A DNA stretch of 32,000 nt from NCBI GenBank assembly GCA_005191425.1, contig SUPR01000006.1:30001-62000 (forward strand), written 5' to 3'. Source of the stretch: Candidatus Helarchaeota ASGARD archaeon Hel_GB_B. Its GTDB lineage: Archaea > Asgardarchaeota > Lokiarchaeia > Helarchaeales > HEL-GB-B. This document shows positions 9,635 through 18,224 of the stretch, in pieces (positions within the stretch are counted from its first letter, which is position 1; each line of letters opens with the position of its first letter). The notes beneath the pieces are model-generated. The model had not been told where the DNA came from, ran no database searches, and saw nothing but the letters and a program-made list of their open reading frames with translations. Both the position numbers and the translations under genes were made by a program.

Positions 9635-10411
9635 TTGTTTAAAAAAATTGAATTGGTACAAGAAGAATTAAAAAAATTGATTAAATTGGCAATTTCAGTT
9701 TCTCCAATTGATCTAGGTAGGTTTACTGTTAATACTTTAAAAAATATTTTTTTTGAAGTAAAAGAAGAGTTGGGTTTGAATTTCGATGATGTTAGAATAC
9801 ATCCTGCAGCCCAACCTCGTGAAAGTTCTGATGTAGAATTTATTAAAGATGATATAATAATACAAAAGTTAAATGTAAAAACAGCTGTTACAGGAAATTT
9901 AAGAAATACTATTCGTAATTTAATACGAAGTTTACGGGCAAATGAATCAGGGGCAATCATTTTTTCAGTAATCTTTTTTAAAGAAGAAAATATGAAGAAT
10001 CCCGATGTAAAATTAGTAATTGTGATATTACCTGAAAAAATTTTTAATTTATATGGCCCACTCTCCATTGAAGATGCAATAAAATCAAAATTAGAACTCA
10101 AATTGGAAAAAGAAGGTTATAAAAAATATGAAATTTTTGCTTTGAATGAAGCAATAGCATTAGAACGTTTGAAAATTGCAGTTATTGCGTTAGAAAATTC
10201 CGAAGCTTCATTAAAAGAAGCTGCAGAAGCCAGAAAAGAAGCTGCAGAAGCCAAAAAAGAAGCTGCAGAAGCCAAAAAAGAAGCTGCAGAAGCCAGAAAA
10301 GAAACTATTAAAGCTAATAAAAATATCGAAGAAATTATGAAAGAACTTCAAATTATTAAAGAATTTATGAATGATATTTCCAGCTTTATGAATAAATTCG
10401 GGAAAAAATAA
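9635..10411 (+). CDS. Hypothetical protein with alpha/beta N-terminal domain and C-terminal heptad-repeat coiled coil
   Basis: 258-aa ORF, TTG start with AAGGTG upstream; C-terminal KEAAEA(R/K) x4 then an amphipathic helix. Confidence 0.75.
   Translation: MFKKIELVQEELKKLIKLAISVSPIDLGRFTVNTLKNIFFEVKEELGLNFDDVRIHPAAQPRESSDVEFIKDDIIIQKLNVKTAVTGNLRNTIRNLIRSLRANESGAIIFSVIFFKEENMKNPDVKLVIVILPEKIFNLYGPLSIEDAIKSKLELKLEKEGYKKYEIFALNEAIALERLKIAVIALENSEASLKEAAEARKEAAEAKKEAAEAKKEAAEARKETIKANKNIEEIMKELQIIKEFMNDISSFMNKFGKK
10214..10303 (+). repeat. In-frame 21-bp tandem repeat x4 (plus 6-bp partial)
   Basis: AAAGAAGCTGCAGAAGCCA(G/A)A units at 10214, 10235, 10256 and 10277; the units differ at only one base. 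Confidence 0.97.
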
Positions 10412-10566
10412 TAAATATAAAAAATTCCGTCTTTTTACAGATACTGTTGCTGAAATAAAGTAAAGTTTTTAAATAAAGATATTTCAACTTAAATGAAAAT
10501 TAAGAAGTAATTAAAAAAACAATTTATAAAAGTTATTAAAATATTTTTAGATTGTTAACATTTTAT

Positions 10567-10598
10567 TTAGAATATATTTTAATTAGAATATATTTTAA
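10567..10598. repeat. Perfect 16-bp tandem duplication in intergenic DNA
   Basis: TTAGAATATATTTTAA twice, immediately beyond the stop codon of the minus-strand SDR gene. Confidence 0.85.
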
Positions 10599-10600
10599 AT

Positions 10601-11791
10601 TTAAACTAGATTTTCGACTCTTTTAGTATAGTCTAAATAATTTTTAGATTTATAATAATCAAACATTTCTTCTACAGCTTCTTCAAATGTTTTTTTTGGG
10701 ATATAATCCAATTCATTTTTAGCCTTCTTGGCGGTATAAAAACTTAGAAAACTTCCCGCCTTAACTGTAGACCGGCTCATTATTTCCGTTTGATTGAAAA
10801 GTTCCGATATTAATCCTACGAACCATCCTAAACGTTTTCCAATACCTAGAGAGGGGAATTTAATTTTACGATCAGAAACTTTAGACTGAATTACTTTTGT
10901 AATAATAGAAAGCATATCTTTCATAGTCCTATTGTCTTCGTCTTTACCAGTAATTATATATCGTTCTCCCAATTTTCCTTTAAGTAATGCTAAAAAATGA
11001 CCCCTTGCTACATCATCAACATGAGCTAATGGATAACCACCACATTTTATATATCCCGGCATTGAATTATGATAAATTCTAAGAAGATATAGACCATTTC
11101 CAATCAAATCATCGCCAGGACCAAAACTCGTCCCAGGTAGTATACTGACAACAGGGAGGTTATTTTCTTTATAGAACAGATTAACCAATTCTTGAGCTGC
11201 CAGTTTAGAGTCAAAATATCCAATTTTTATTTTATTCCACCATTTTTTAATTTTGTTTTTGTGAACAGATTCGATAAAATTTAAAGTTTCATCTTTAGAA
11301 TTAAAAATATGATTTTTAGGAACTTTTTTTCCAATTTCAGGGCGTTCATCTACATAAGGACTGGTATTTTCATTGCCAAGACTTCCAATTGGATATGGAC
11401 AACCGAGAGTATTTACAGTACTAGTGTATATGACCTTTTTAATGTCATTTTCTAAAGAAAGTTTCATAATATTTCTAGTACCTTCAACATTAACCAGCCA
11501 TTGAAGACGTTTTTTCTTGATATCCATAGAAGTATTTCCTGCAAAATGAAAAACAAAATCGACTCCTTTAAATGCAGGAGATAACATTTTTTTATCTAAA
11601 ATATCTGCGGGAAAAAGTTTTACCTTAATGTCATTAATTGAACTGGTCAAAGAATTTGGATAATAGACTACCTTAATATTAGAAGGATTAATACCATTTA
11701 ATATTAATTGCCTGATTAATCTAGAGCCTATAAATCCAGTTCCTCCAATTATTAAAAACTTTTTATCTATTAAATCATTTATTGATTTCAC
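10601..11791 (-). CDS. NAD-dependent epimerase/dehydratase (extended SDR, dihydroflavonol-reductase/HpnA-like)
   Basis: IIGGTGFIG, FHFAG, VNVEGTRN, YTSTV, catalytic YFDSK, ILPGTSFGPGD, AHVDDVARGH. Confidence 0.9.
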   Translation of the reverse strand: MKSINDLIDKKFLIIGGTGFIGSRLIRQLILNGINPSNIKVVYYPNSLTSSINDIKVKLFPADILDKKMLSPAFKGVDFVFHFAGNTSMDIKKKRLQWLVNVEGTRNIMKLSLENDIKKVIYTSTVNTLGCPYPIGSLGNENTSPYVDERPEIGKKVPKNHIFNSKDETLNFIESVHKNKIKKWWNKIKIGYFDSKLAAQELVNLFYKENNLPVVSILPGTSFGPGDDLIGNGLYLLRIYHNSMPGYIKCGGYPLAHVDDVARGHFLALLKGKLGERYIITGKDEDNRTMKDMLSIITKVIQSKVSDRKIKFPSLGIGKRLGWFVGLISELFNQTEIMSRSTVKAGSFLSFYTAKKAKNELDYIPKKTFEEAVEEMFDYYKSKNYLDYTKRVENLV

Positions 11792-11925
11792 AATAAATAA
11801 ATAATTAATTTATAATTTATTTTTGTTGATCAAATAGTTTTTAACCAAATTTTTAATCTATAAAAAGAAAGAATGAAAAAAGATCAATTAAAATGTAAAA
11901 AAAGATAATTTAGAGTGATTTTAAA

Positions 11926-13083
11926 ATGTCATTAATGCCAATTAAAGTTCCAATCATTTATCATGGAAAAGGTTCGTTAAAACAATTAAAATCGATGAAA
12001 CAGAAAAAAGTTTTAATTGTTACAGATAAAATCATAAGGGATATTCATGGGGATATGATTGAGAAATATCTTAAGAAGAAGGTATTTGCTTATTTTGATG
12101 AGGTTGAACCGGATCCAAAAGATAAAACGATAATTAAAGGCGGCGATTTTGCTAGAGAATTTAAGCCGGATTTGATTTTAGGGATTGGTGGCGGATCGGT
12201 AATGGACAGTGCAAAAGCTATTTATTTTTTATATGAGCGAGAGGACAAAACATTATATGAATGTGATCCGATATCATATTTAGGACTAGGTAAAAAGTCA
12301 AAATTAATTTTAGTTCCCACTACATCAGGTACTGGATCTGAGAATACACTAGCTGCAGTTATAACAAATACACAAACAGGACAAAAGGTAGTAATTGCAT
12401 CTCAAGAACTTCTTCCAGTCGCAATTATTTTAGACCCCAAACTTCCATTAAAAATGCCTCAAAGATTAACAGTTTCGACAGGGGTTGATGCAATTGTCCA
12501 TGCAGTTGAAGGTATTATCAATAAAATGAATAATGATTTTACTGAAGGATTAAATATACATGCACTTAAATTACTATTCGAATATCTTCCACAAGCAGCA
12601 GGAGATGGTGCAAACGACCTAAAAGTTAGAGAGAAGGTCCATAATGCAGCATCTATTGCAGGCATTGGGTTTGGAAATTCAAATTGTGGTATTGCACATT
12701 CTTGTGGCCATGCACTGGGTGCTGTACATCATATTCAACACGGGATTGCCGTAGGTACAATGCTACCATTTGTTTTGGAATTTAATAAACTTGTTAGCGA
12801 AAAAAAATACACAGATATACTTAATAGTCTCAATATTCCTATTAATGATAGCCCAACAAATACATTGGTTAACTTTATTAGAGATTTTATCAAAAAGCTG
12901 GGGCTTCCTCTTTCGTTAAAAGAACTCGGTATTTCTCAATCGGATTGGGATCAAAATTTAGACAGATTAGTAGAATTTGCTAAAACTGATGTAGTAGCAG
13001 TCTTTAACCCAAGATCCACTTCAGAAGAAGAATTTAAAAAGATTTTTGAACATGCATGGGAAGGAAAAAAAATCGATTTCTAA
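11926..13083 (+). CDS. Iron-containing alcohol dehydrogenase (butanol dehydrogenase-like)
   Basis: VEPDP, GIGGGSVMDSAK, PTTSGTGSE, GVDAIVHAVE, GIAHSCGHALG...HG metal ligands. Confidence 0.93.
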   Translation: MSLMPIKVPIIYHGKGSLKQLKSMKQKKVLIVTDKIIRDIHGDMIEKYLKKKVFAYFDEVEPDPKDKTIIKGGDFAREFKPDLILGIGGGSVMDSAKAIYFLYEREDKTLYECDPISYLGLGKKSKLILVPTTSGTGSENTLAAVITNTQTGQKVVIASQELLPVAIILDPKLPLKMPQRLTVSTGVDAIVHAVEGIINKMNNDFTEGLNIHALKLLFEYLPQAAGDGANDLKVREKVHNAASIAGIGFGNSNCGIAHSCGHALGAVHHIQHGIAVGTMLPFVLEFNKLVSEKKYTDILNSLNIPINDSPTNTLVNFIRDFIKKLGLPLSLKELGISQSDWDQNLDRLVEFAKTDVVAVFNPRSTSEEEFKKIFEHAWEGKKIDF

Positions 13084-13214
13084 AGAATACTATTTTTTTT
13101 ATTTTTTGGTATCTCATTATTAAAATTTAATTTTTATCAAATTGTAATCATTAATTATAAACTATTTCATCTAAACTGTTTATTCTGATTATTTACTTTT
13201 AAAATTAACATAAT

Positions 13215-13808
13215 TTATAATCCAGAATAACTTAAACCTATAAATAATATATATTGAATATATGGAAACAAGAAAATTGTAATTATAACTACAATTATCC
13301 CAAGTAAAAAGCCAATAAGAACATCTGTTGGAAAATGTACACCTAAATAAACGCGACTAAAACCAATAAATAAAGCAAGAATTATCCAAAATATAATAAA
13401 CGATATTTGAAAAATACCAGAAGAATATAAAGCAAAAGAAAATAGATATTCCATAGAAAACATGGCATGTCCACTTGGAAATGATGAATTGCTCTTAGCT
13501 TTCATAATATCGCGTTTGTTAATTTTACATTTTGGATAAGGCGAGACAAATGGTCTCCTTCTTTTAAAGAAAAATTTGCTGGGAAGCTCAATGAACAGAT
13601 CAATTACCATAGTTGATAAAAGAAATTGTATTAAAACGCTATTTCTAAAAAATAAAATAAATAAAATACCCCAAATTGGTAGCCAAATGATATTTGAACA
13701 CAAATGAGTAAAAATTTTAATCACCCATTGTAAAAAGGACGGAATTTGTAAATTGTAAATTTTACAGATCCATTTGGCATCCCAATTTTTGATATTTTTT
13801 AAATTCAT
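13215..13808 (-). CDS. PAP2 family membrane phosphatase
   Basis: KFFFKRRRP, SFPSGHA and SRVYLGVHFPTDV are the three PAP2 motifs; several TM helices. Confidence 0.92.
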   Translation of the reverse strand: MNLKNIKNWDAKWICKIYNLQIPSFLQWVIKIFTHLCSNIIWLPIWGILFILFFRNSVLIQFLLSTMVIDLFIELPSKFFFKRRRPFVSPYPKCKINKRDIMKAKSNSSFPSGHAMFSMEYLFSFALYSSGIFQISFIIFWIILALFIGFSRVYLGVHFPTDVLIGFLLGIIVVIITIFLFPYIQYILFIGLSYSGL

Positions 13809-14940
13809 TACTTTTATTCCTAAACCATTTTTTTAAAAAGCTTTTTTTGAAATCAAGGAAAGTGCCATTCCGAATAGAATCCCGTATTTTCCTAGAAAGA
13901 TCAATTATAAAATGGACATTATGTAATACCATTAATCTTTTACCAAGAGGTTCGTCCGATTTAAATAAATGATTAATATATCCTTTGGAATAATTTTTAC
14001 AAACAAAGCAATTGCAATCAATGTCAATAGGATTTTTATCTCTGGCATAACATCTTTTTGTAATTTTAATAAGACCTTCTGATGTAAATGCACTACGATG
14101 TCTTCCAGTCCTTGTAGGATATACTGAATCATATAGGTCAATGCCGCGCGAAACAGATTCAAAAATTAATTCAGGTGTTCCTATACCCATTAAATATCTT
14201 AAACGAGATTTTGGTAAGTTTCGATTTACAACATCTAACATTTTATAGGTAATTTCTTTGGGTTCTCCTACACTAAGACCACCGATTGCTATACCAGGAG
14301 TTTGTAATTCAGTAGTTTTTTTTGCACTATATTCTCTTAAATCATCAAAAGTACCACCTTGAACAATCGGAAATAATATTTGTGAAGATTTTCCTTCGTG
14401 AAACTTTTTACATCGATCTGCCCATTTTAATGTCCTAAGCATTGATTTTTTCATGTATTCATAATTTTTTCCATATAAAGTACATTCGTCAAATGCCATA
14501 ATAATATCTGCGCCGATTTTATGCTGAATACGCATAGACTCTTCAGGTGTCCATTTAAATATTTGATTATTAAGCGGATTTCTAAAGGCAATGAAATCAT
14601 CAGTAATTTTTTTAAAATATCTTGGTTTTTGTACCTGAAATCCACCTGAATCAGAAATAATTGGCTTACTCCAATTCATGAATTTATGAATTCCGCCATA
14701 CTCTTCAATTACTTCGACTCCTGGGTTAAAAAATAGGTGTAGTGCATTGGTAATTATTATTTGTGCCCCAATTTCTGAAATTTCTTTTGAATGTAGCATT
14801 TTAACTGCCCCTTTTGTAGCCACAGGTATAAATGCTGGAGTTTCAATTATCCCGCGATTGGTAATGATTTTTCCTAATCTGGCATCTGTTTTTTCATCAT
14901 TTTTAATTATTTCAAATCTAAACAATGAATTTACCTTCAA
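13762..14940 (-). CDS. tgt: tRNA-guanine transglycosylase, bacterial (G34, preQ1-inserting) type
   Basis: ETPAFIPVAT, NALHL, DSGGFQV, FDECT, PIVQGG, AIGGLSVGE, YLMGIG, YDSVYPTR, Zn site CNCFVC...HN. Confidence 0.92.
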   Translation of the reverse strand: MKVNSLFRFEIIKNDEKTDARLGKIITNRGIIETPAFIPVATKGAVKMLHSKEISEIGAQIIITNALHLFFNPGVEVIEEYGGIHKFMNWSKPIISDSGGFQVQKPRYFKKITDDFIAFRNPLNNQIFKWTPEESMRIQHKIGADIIMAFDECTLYGKNYEYMKKSMLRTLKWADRCKKFHEGKSSQILFPIVQGGTFDDLREYSAKKTTELQTPGIAIGGLSVGEPKEITYKMLDVVNRNLPKSRLRYLMGIGTPELIFESVSRGIDLYDSVYPTRTGRHRSAFTSEGLIKITKRCYARDKNPIDIDCNCFVCKNYSKGYINHLFKSDEPLGKRLMVLHNVHFIIDLSRKIRDSIRNGTFLDFKKSFLKKWFRNKSNEFKKYQKLGCQMDL

Positions 14941-15119
14941 ATAAATCGAATCAATATTTGAGAATCAAGAATGTAAGAATGATGAAAAAGTAAAATATTT
15001 AAACATTATAATTTCTAAAAATATTTCTAATAACTATTAAAAACATAAATTATATTAGATATTCTATTTTTAAAAGAATATTAAAATTATATAGAAAAGA
15101 ATATAATAGAAAGAAAATT

Positions 15120-16304
15120 TTAAGGTTTTTTATTTGTAAATATATTGACGCAGCCAATTGCTAGTGGCCCACCAAGGTTATGTTGTAGTCCTATTTCGGC
15201 GCCATCAACTTGTCTTTTTCTAGCTTCATTCCGAAGTTGAAACCAATTTTCACATATTTGTCCAATACCTGTTGCACCAATTGGATGGCCTTTGGCTTTT
15301 AACCCACCACTTGTATTTACTGGAAGTCGTCCACCCAAGCATACTTCACCTTCAGTTATTAATTTACCAGCTTCACCAGGTTTACAGAACCCTAAATCTT
15401 CATAATCAAGTAATTCTGTAAACGTAAAACAATCATGGACTTCCGCAAAATCTAAATCTTTAGGTTCTATTTTAGCCATTTTATAAGCTTCTTTAGCAGC
15501 CATTACTGTTGCTAAAGCAGAGGTTAACGATTGGCGATTTGGGATCCAATAAACATCTGCAGATTGCCCAGTCCCTAATAGATAAATTGGAGAATCAGTA
15601 TATTTTTTAGCTAATTCAGCTTTACAGAGTATTACCATTGCAGCGCCATCTGTTTGTGGACAACAGTCAAAAAGTCTGAAAGGATAAGATACAAGTGGAG
15701 CTGTACTCGCTTGTTCTTCGGTTATTTCAAACATAAAATGAGAATATGGACATAGAGAGCCATTATGATGATTCTTTACAGCTACTTTAGACATATATGT
15801 CCTCAATTTTTCATCACTTGCATATTTTTTAGCCCATGCGTTAGCATACATTGCAAAATAGGAAGGAGCAATTAGACCACGGTTTAATACTTGCTCTCTA
15901 CCTGCCACATATCGGAGAAAGTTTTGTGGCTCTTTTTCTCGCATTTTTTCAGCACCTACAGCAATTGCAACATCATATACCCCAGAAGCAACAGCAAAAG
16001 CCGCATTTCTAAAAGCATCTGAACCTGTAGCACATGCATTTTCGACTCTTGTAACTGGCTTTAATTTCAAATATGGAAGTGCAGTTATTAGACCAGCGCC
16101 AGATAAGACATCTCGTTGAGCAGAAATTCCACCCATACATGTCCCAATCCAAGCGGCCTCGACTTCTTTTTCTATATCTATTCCTTTATCTACACTATCA
16201 ATACAAGCGTTCGCTGCCATTCCTATTAGGTCGTAATAACTTTTATCAAATAATTCGCCAAATTTTATAAGTCCTGCACCAATAATAGCTACTTTACCGC
16301 GCAT
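15120..16304 (-). CDS. Archaeal/SCP2-type thiolase (acetyl-CoA C-acyltransferase)
   Basis: VENACATG (nucleophilic Cys), VKNHHNG, FDCCPQTDGAA, AEVHDCFT, GGLKAKGHPIGATG, HNLGG. Its ATG directly follows the TAA of the DUF35 gene. Confidence 0.93.
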   Translation of the reverse strand: MRGKVAIIGAGLIKFGELFDKSYYDLIGMAANACIDSVDKGIDIEKEVEAAWIGTCMGGISAQRDVLSGAGLITALPYLKLKPVTRVENACATGSDAFRNAAFAVASGVYDVAIAVGAEKMREKEPQNFLRYVAGREQVLNRGLIAPSYFAMYANAWAKKYASDEKLRTYMSKVAVKNHHNGSLCPYSHFMFEITEEQASTAPLVSYPFRLFDCCPQTDGAAMVILCKAELAKKYTDSPIYLLGTGQSADVYWIPNRQSLTSALATVMAAKEAYKMAKIEPKDLDFAEVHDCFTFTELLDYEDLGFCKPGEAGKLITEGEVCLGGRLPVNTSGGLKAKGHPIGATGIGQICENWFQLRNEARKRQVDGAEIGLQHNLGGPLAIGCVNIFTNKKP

Positions 16305-16703
16305 TTATTTTTCCTCCTTTTTTAATGGTCTGATTTTAGGCCCATAATAATTTAGTCCATCTTTTGTTGACATCCTTCTAATAACAATTTCAATTGGCAT
16401 CCCGATTTCAATATCTTTCTCCGATTCAATTTCTGTAAATTGCGTCATCAACCTTCCACCACCGTCCATCTCTATAACACCTTGTCCTAGAGGTCTATCG
16501 AATTCATCAGGCATATAATAATTTACAATATATGTTAGAACTCGTCCAGTACGAGCAAGTTGTACCTCCTCAAGTTCTTCACTCCCGCATTCTATACATT
16601 TTAATGTTTTAGGATAATTAACTCTCTCACATCTTTTACATTTGTACCCTTTAAACTGTAAATATGCATTCTTTTGTCTCCAAACATAGGGTAAATCGGT
16701 CAA
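16305..16703 (-). CDS. DUF35 Zn-ribbon/OB-fold protein (thiolase partner)
   Basis: CKRC-x10-CIEC ribbon, GRVLTY, OB-fold GGRLMTQF...IGMPIEIVIRR...YGPKIRP; TTG start with AAGGAG upstream. Confidence 0.92.
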   Translation of the reverse strand: MTDLPYVWRQKNAYLQFKGYKCKRCERVNYPKTLKCIECGSEELEEVQLARTGRVLTYIVNYYMPDEFDRPLGQGVIEMDGGGRLMTQFTEIESEKDIEIGMPIEIVIRRMSTKDGLNYYGPKIRPLKKEEK

Positions 16704-16720
16704 TTTTATCTTTAACTCCT

Positions 16721-17725
16721 TTATATTTGTCCTAAAAATTGTAAATATTTTGAATAATTTACTATTATTTTATTTTCTATAAAATATTGGACAGGAGGAT
16801 TACTTCTGAAGGTCTTTATATTATCTGTAACTTTTAGACTTATTGCCTGGCTTCCTCCAGAACTATAAGCAACAATTAATATTTCATCACCAGAATTAGC
16901 AGAGTCCAAGACTTTAGCAAGCCCAATAAAAACAGAGGCAGCCCCCAGGTCTCCAAAATAATTGGCAATATTTCCTTCTTTTAGTTTGTTTTTATCAAAT
17001 TTCATACTCTTCGCAATATATTCAGGAGCTTTTCCATTGGGTTGCTGTATAACTATATGTTTAAAGTCATTTAAATCTTTATTAGTACTCTCTAAAAGCC
17101 CAAGAATAGCATTTTTAATTGAGGGGATAAACCCAAATTCCCTTGTAAATCGCTCATCGCCGACTTTATAATCCGAATTAACGCCTTTCCAACGATCTGA
17201 AATTTCTATAGAATATGAATAATTACCAGTAATTGATGCTACTGGATTATCATTCCCAATTAAAATGGAAATTGCTCCAGCACCAAGAGACCTTTCTAGA
17301 ACTGAACCAGGTCTTGATTTTAAACAATCTGAAATTATTATTAAACCATTTGAATTTGTATTAAAGACCATATTTTTACAATTTATTAACGCCATTGCCC
17401 CTGCTTGAGCAGACCCACCAAAATCACTTGTAAAAACATTTTCATTAAGTCCTAACATGGAAACTAATAAAGTAGATACTGGCTTGTCAATATATGGCGA
17501 TGAAATACTTGCAAAATATAAAGAACCAATTGTAGTCAAGTTAAGTTCTAAATTATTTAATAGATTTAATGCAGATGCTAACCCCATTGATATTGAATCT
17601 TCATCCTTATAAGGAACTGATTTCTCATTGATACCAGAAGCACTTAATCCCCATATTGCTCGAATTTCTTTACTTGTTATTCGATAACGGGGGATGTATA
17701 TTTGATAACCAATAATTCCTGTCAT
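16721..17725 (-). CDS. HMG-CoA synthase-like (PhlA-like) protein lacking catalytic residues
   Basis: Full-length archaeal HMGS fold (GIIGYQIYIPRYRI, DEDS, GAGA, QPNGK, YSKY), but SESHPY is SISSPY, FACKAG is GSAQAG and HQPN is QQPN. Confidence 0.88.
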   Translation of the reverse strand: MTGIIGYQIYIPRYRITSKEIRAIWGLSASGINEKSVPYKDEDSISMGLASALNLLNNLELNLTTIGSLYFASISSPYIDKPVSTLLVSMLGLNENVFTSDFGGSAQAGAMALINCKNMVFNTNSNGLIIISDCLKSRPGSVLERSLGAGAISILIGNDNPVASITGNYSYSIEISDRWKGVNSDYKVGDERFTREFGFIPSIKNAILGLLESTNKDLNDFKHIVIQQPNGKAPEYIAKSMKFDKNKLKEGNIANYFGDLGAASVFIGLAKVLDSANSGDEILIVAYSSGGSQAISLKVTDNIKTFRSNPPVQYFIENKIIVNYSKYLQFLGQI

Positions 17726-18224
17726 AATATTTCACTTAATTTTTTTTCTAATTCATTGTAATTTTTGATAAAAATATTTTGTTTCATAAATTAAAATATA
17801 TTTAAAATAATTAAATCTATCAAGAATAAGTCCATCTTAATAAAAAATTTCTTTAAAATAAATTTTTTAAAAATATAATTGCAACTTAAAAAACCATAAA
17901 TTTTCATATTTTTATTAATTTTGAAAATCTCTTAACTGAATAACCAAATAAATAAATTTTTATCAATTATAATAATAATATGATTTTTTAATTTAAAATA
18001 ATTAATTGAAAAAATTATTATTGTTAAAGAAAGTTCAGAACTTACAAAATTTCCCGAATTTCTTTAAATTAATTTCGCCTTGTTTGGACTAAATTAAATC
18101 ATAAATATTACGAAAATGTTTATATATACAAAGCAAGTTCTCACTAATGCAATATTTTCGAAAAAATAAATGAAGTTGGGTATAAAATAGGAAATATAGA
18201 AATATTTTTAGAAAATATATAATA

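Noticed and set aside
9586-10101. 171-aa minus-strand ORF
   Set aside because: Antisense shadow of the 9635..10411 gene, which has an SD-like motif and a coherent coiled-coil tail; the composition is typical of a reverse-complement frame.
10214-10303. 21-bp repeat as a CRISPR array
   Set aside because: The units are contiguous with no spacers, lie in frame in a CDS, and no cas genes are present.
15120-17725. Annotating the cluster as a functional mevalonate-entry (thiolase/HMG-CoA synthase) operon
   Set aside because: The HMGS homologue lacks the catalytic Glu, Cys and His.
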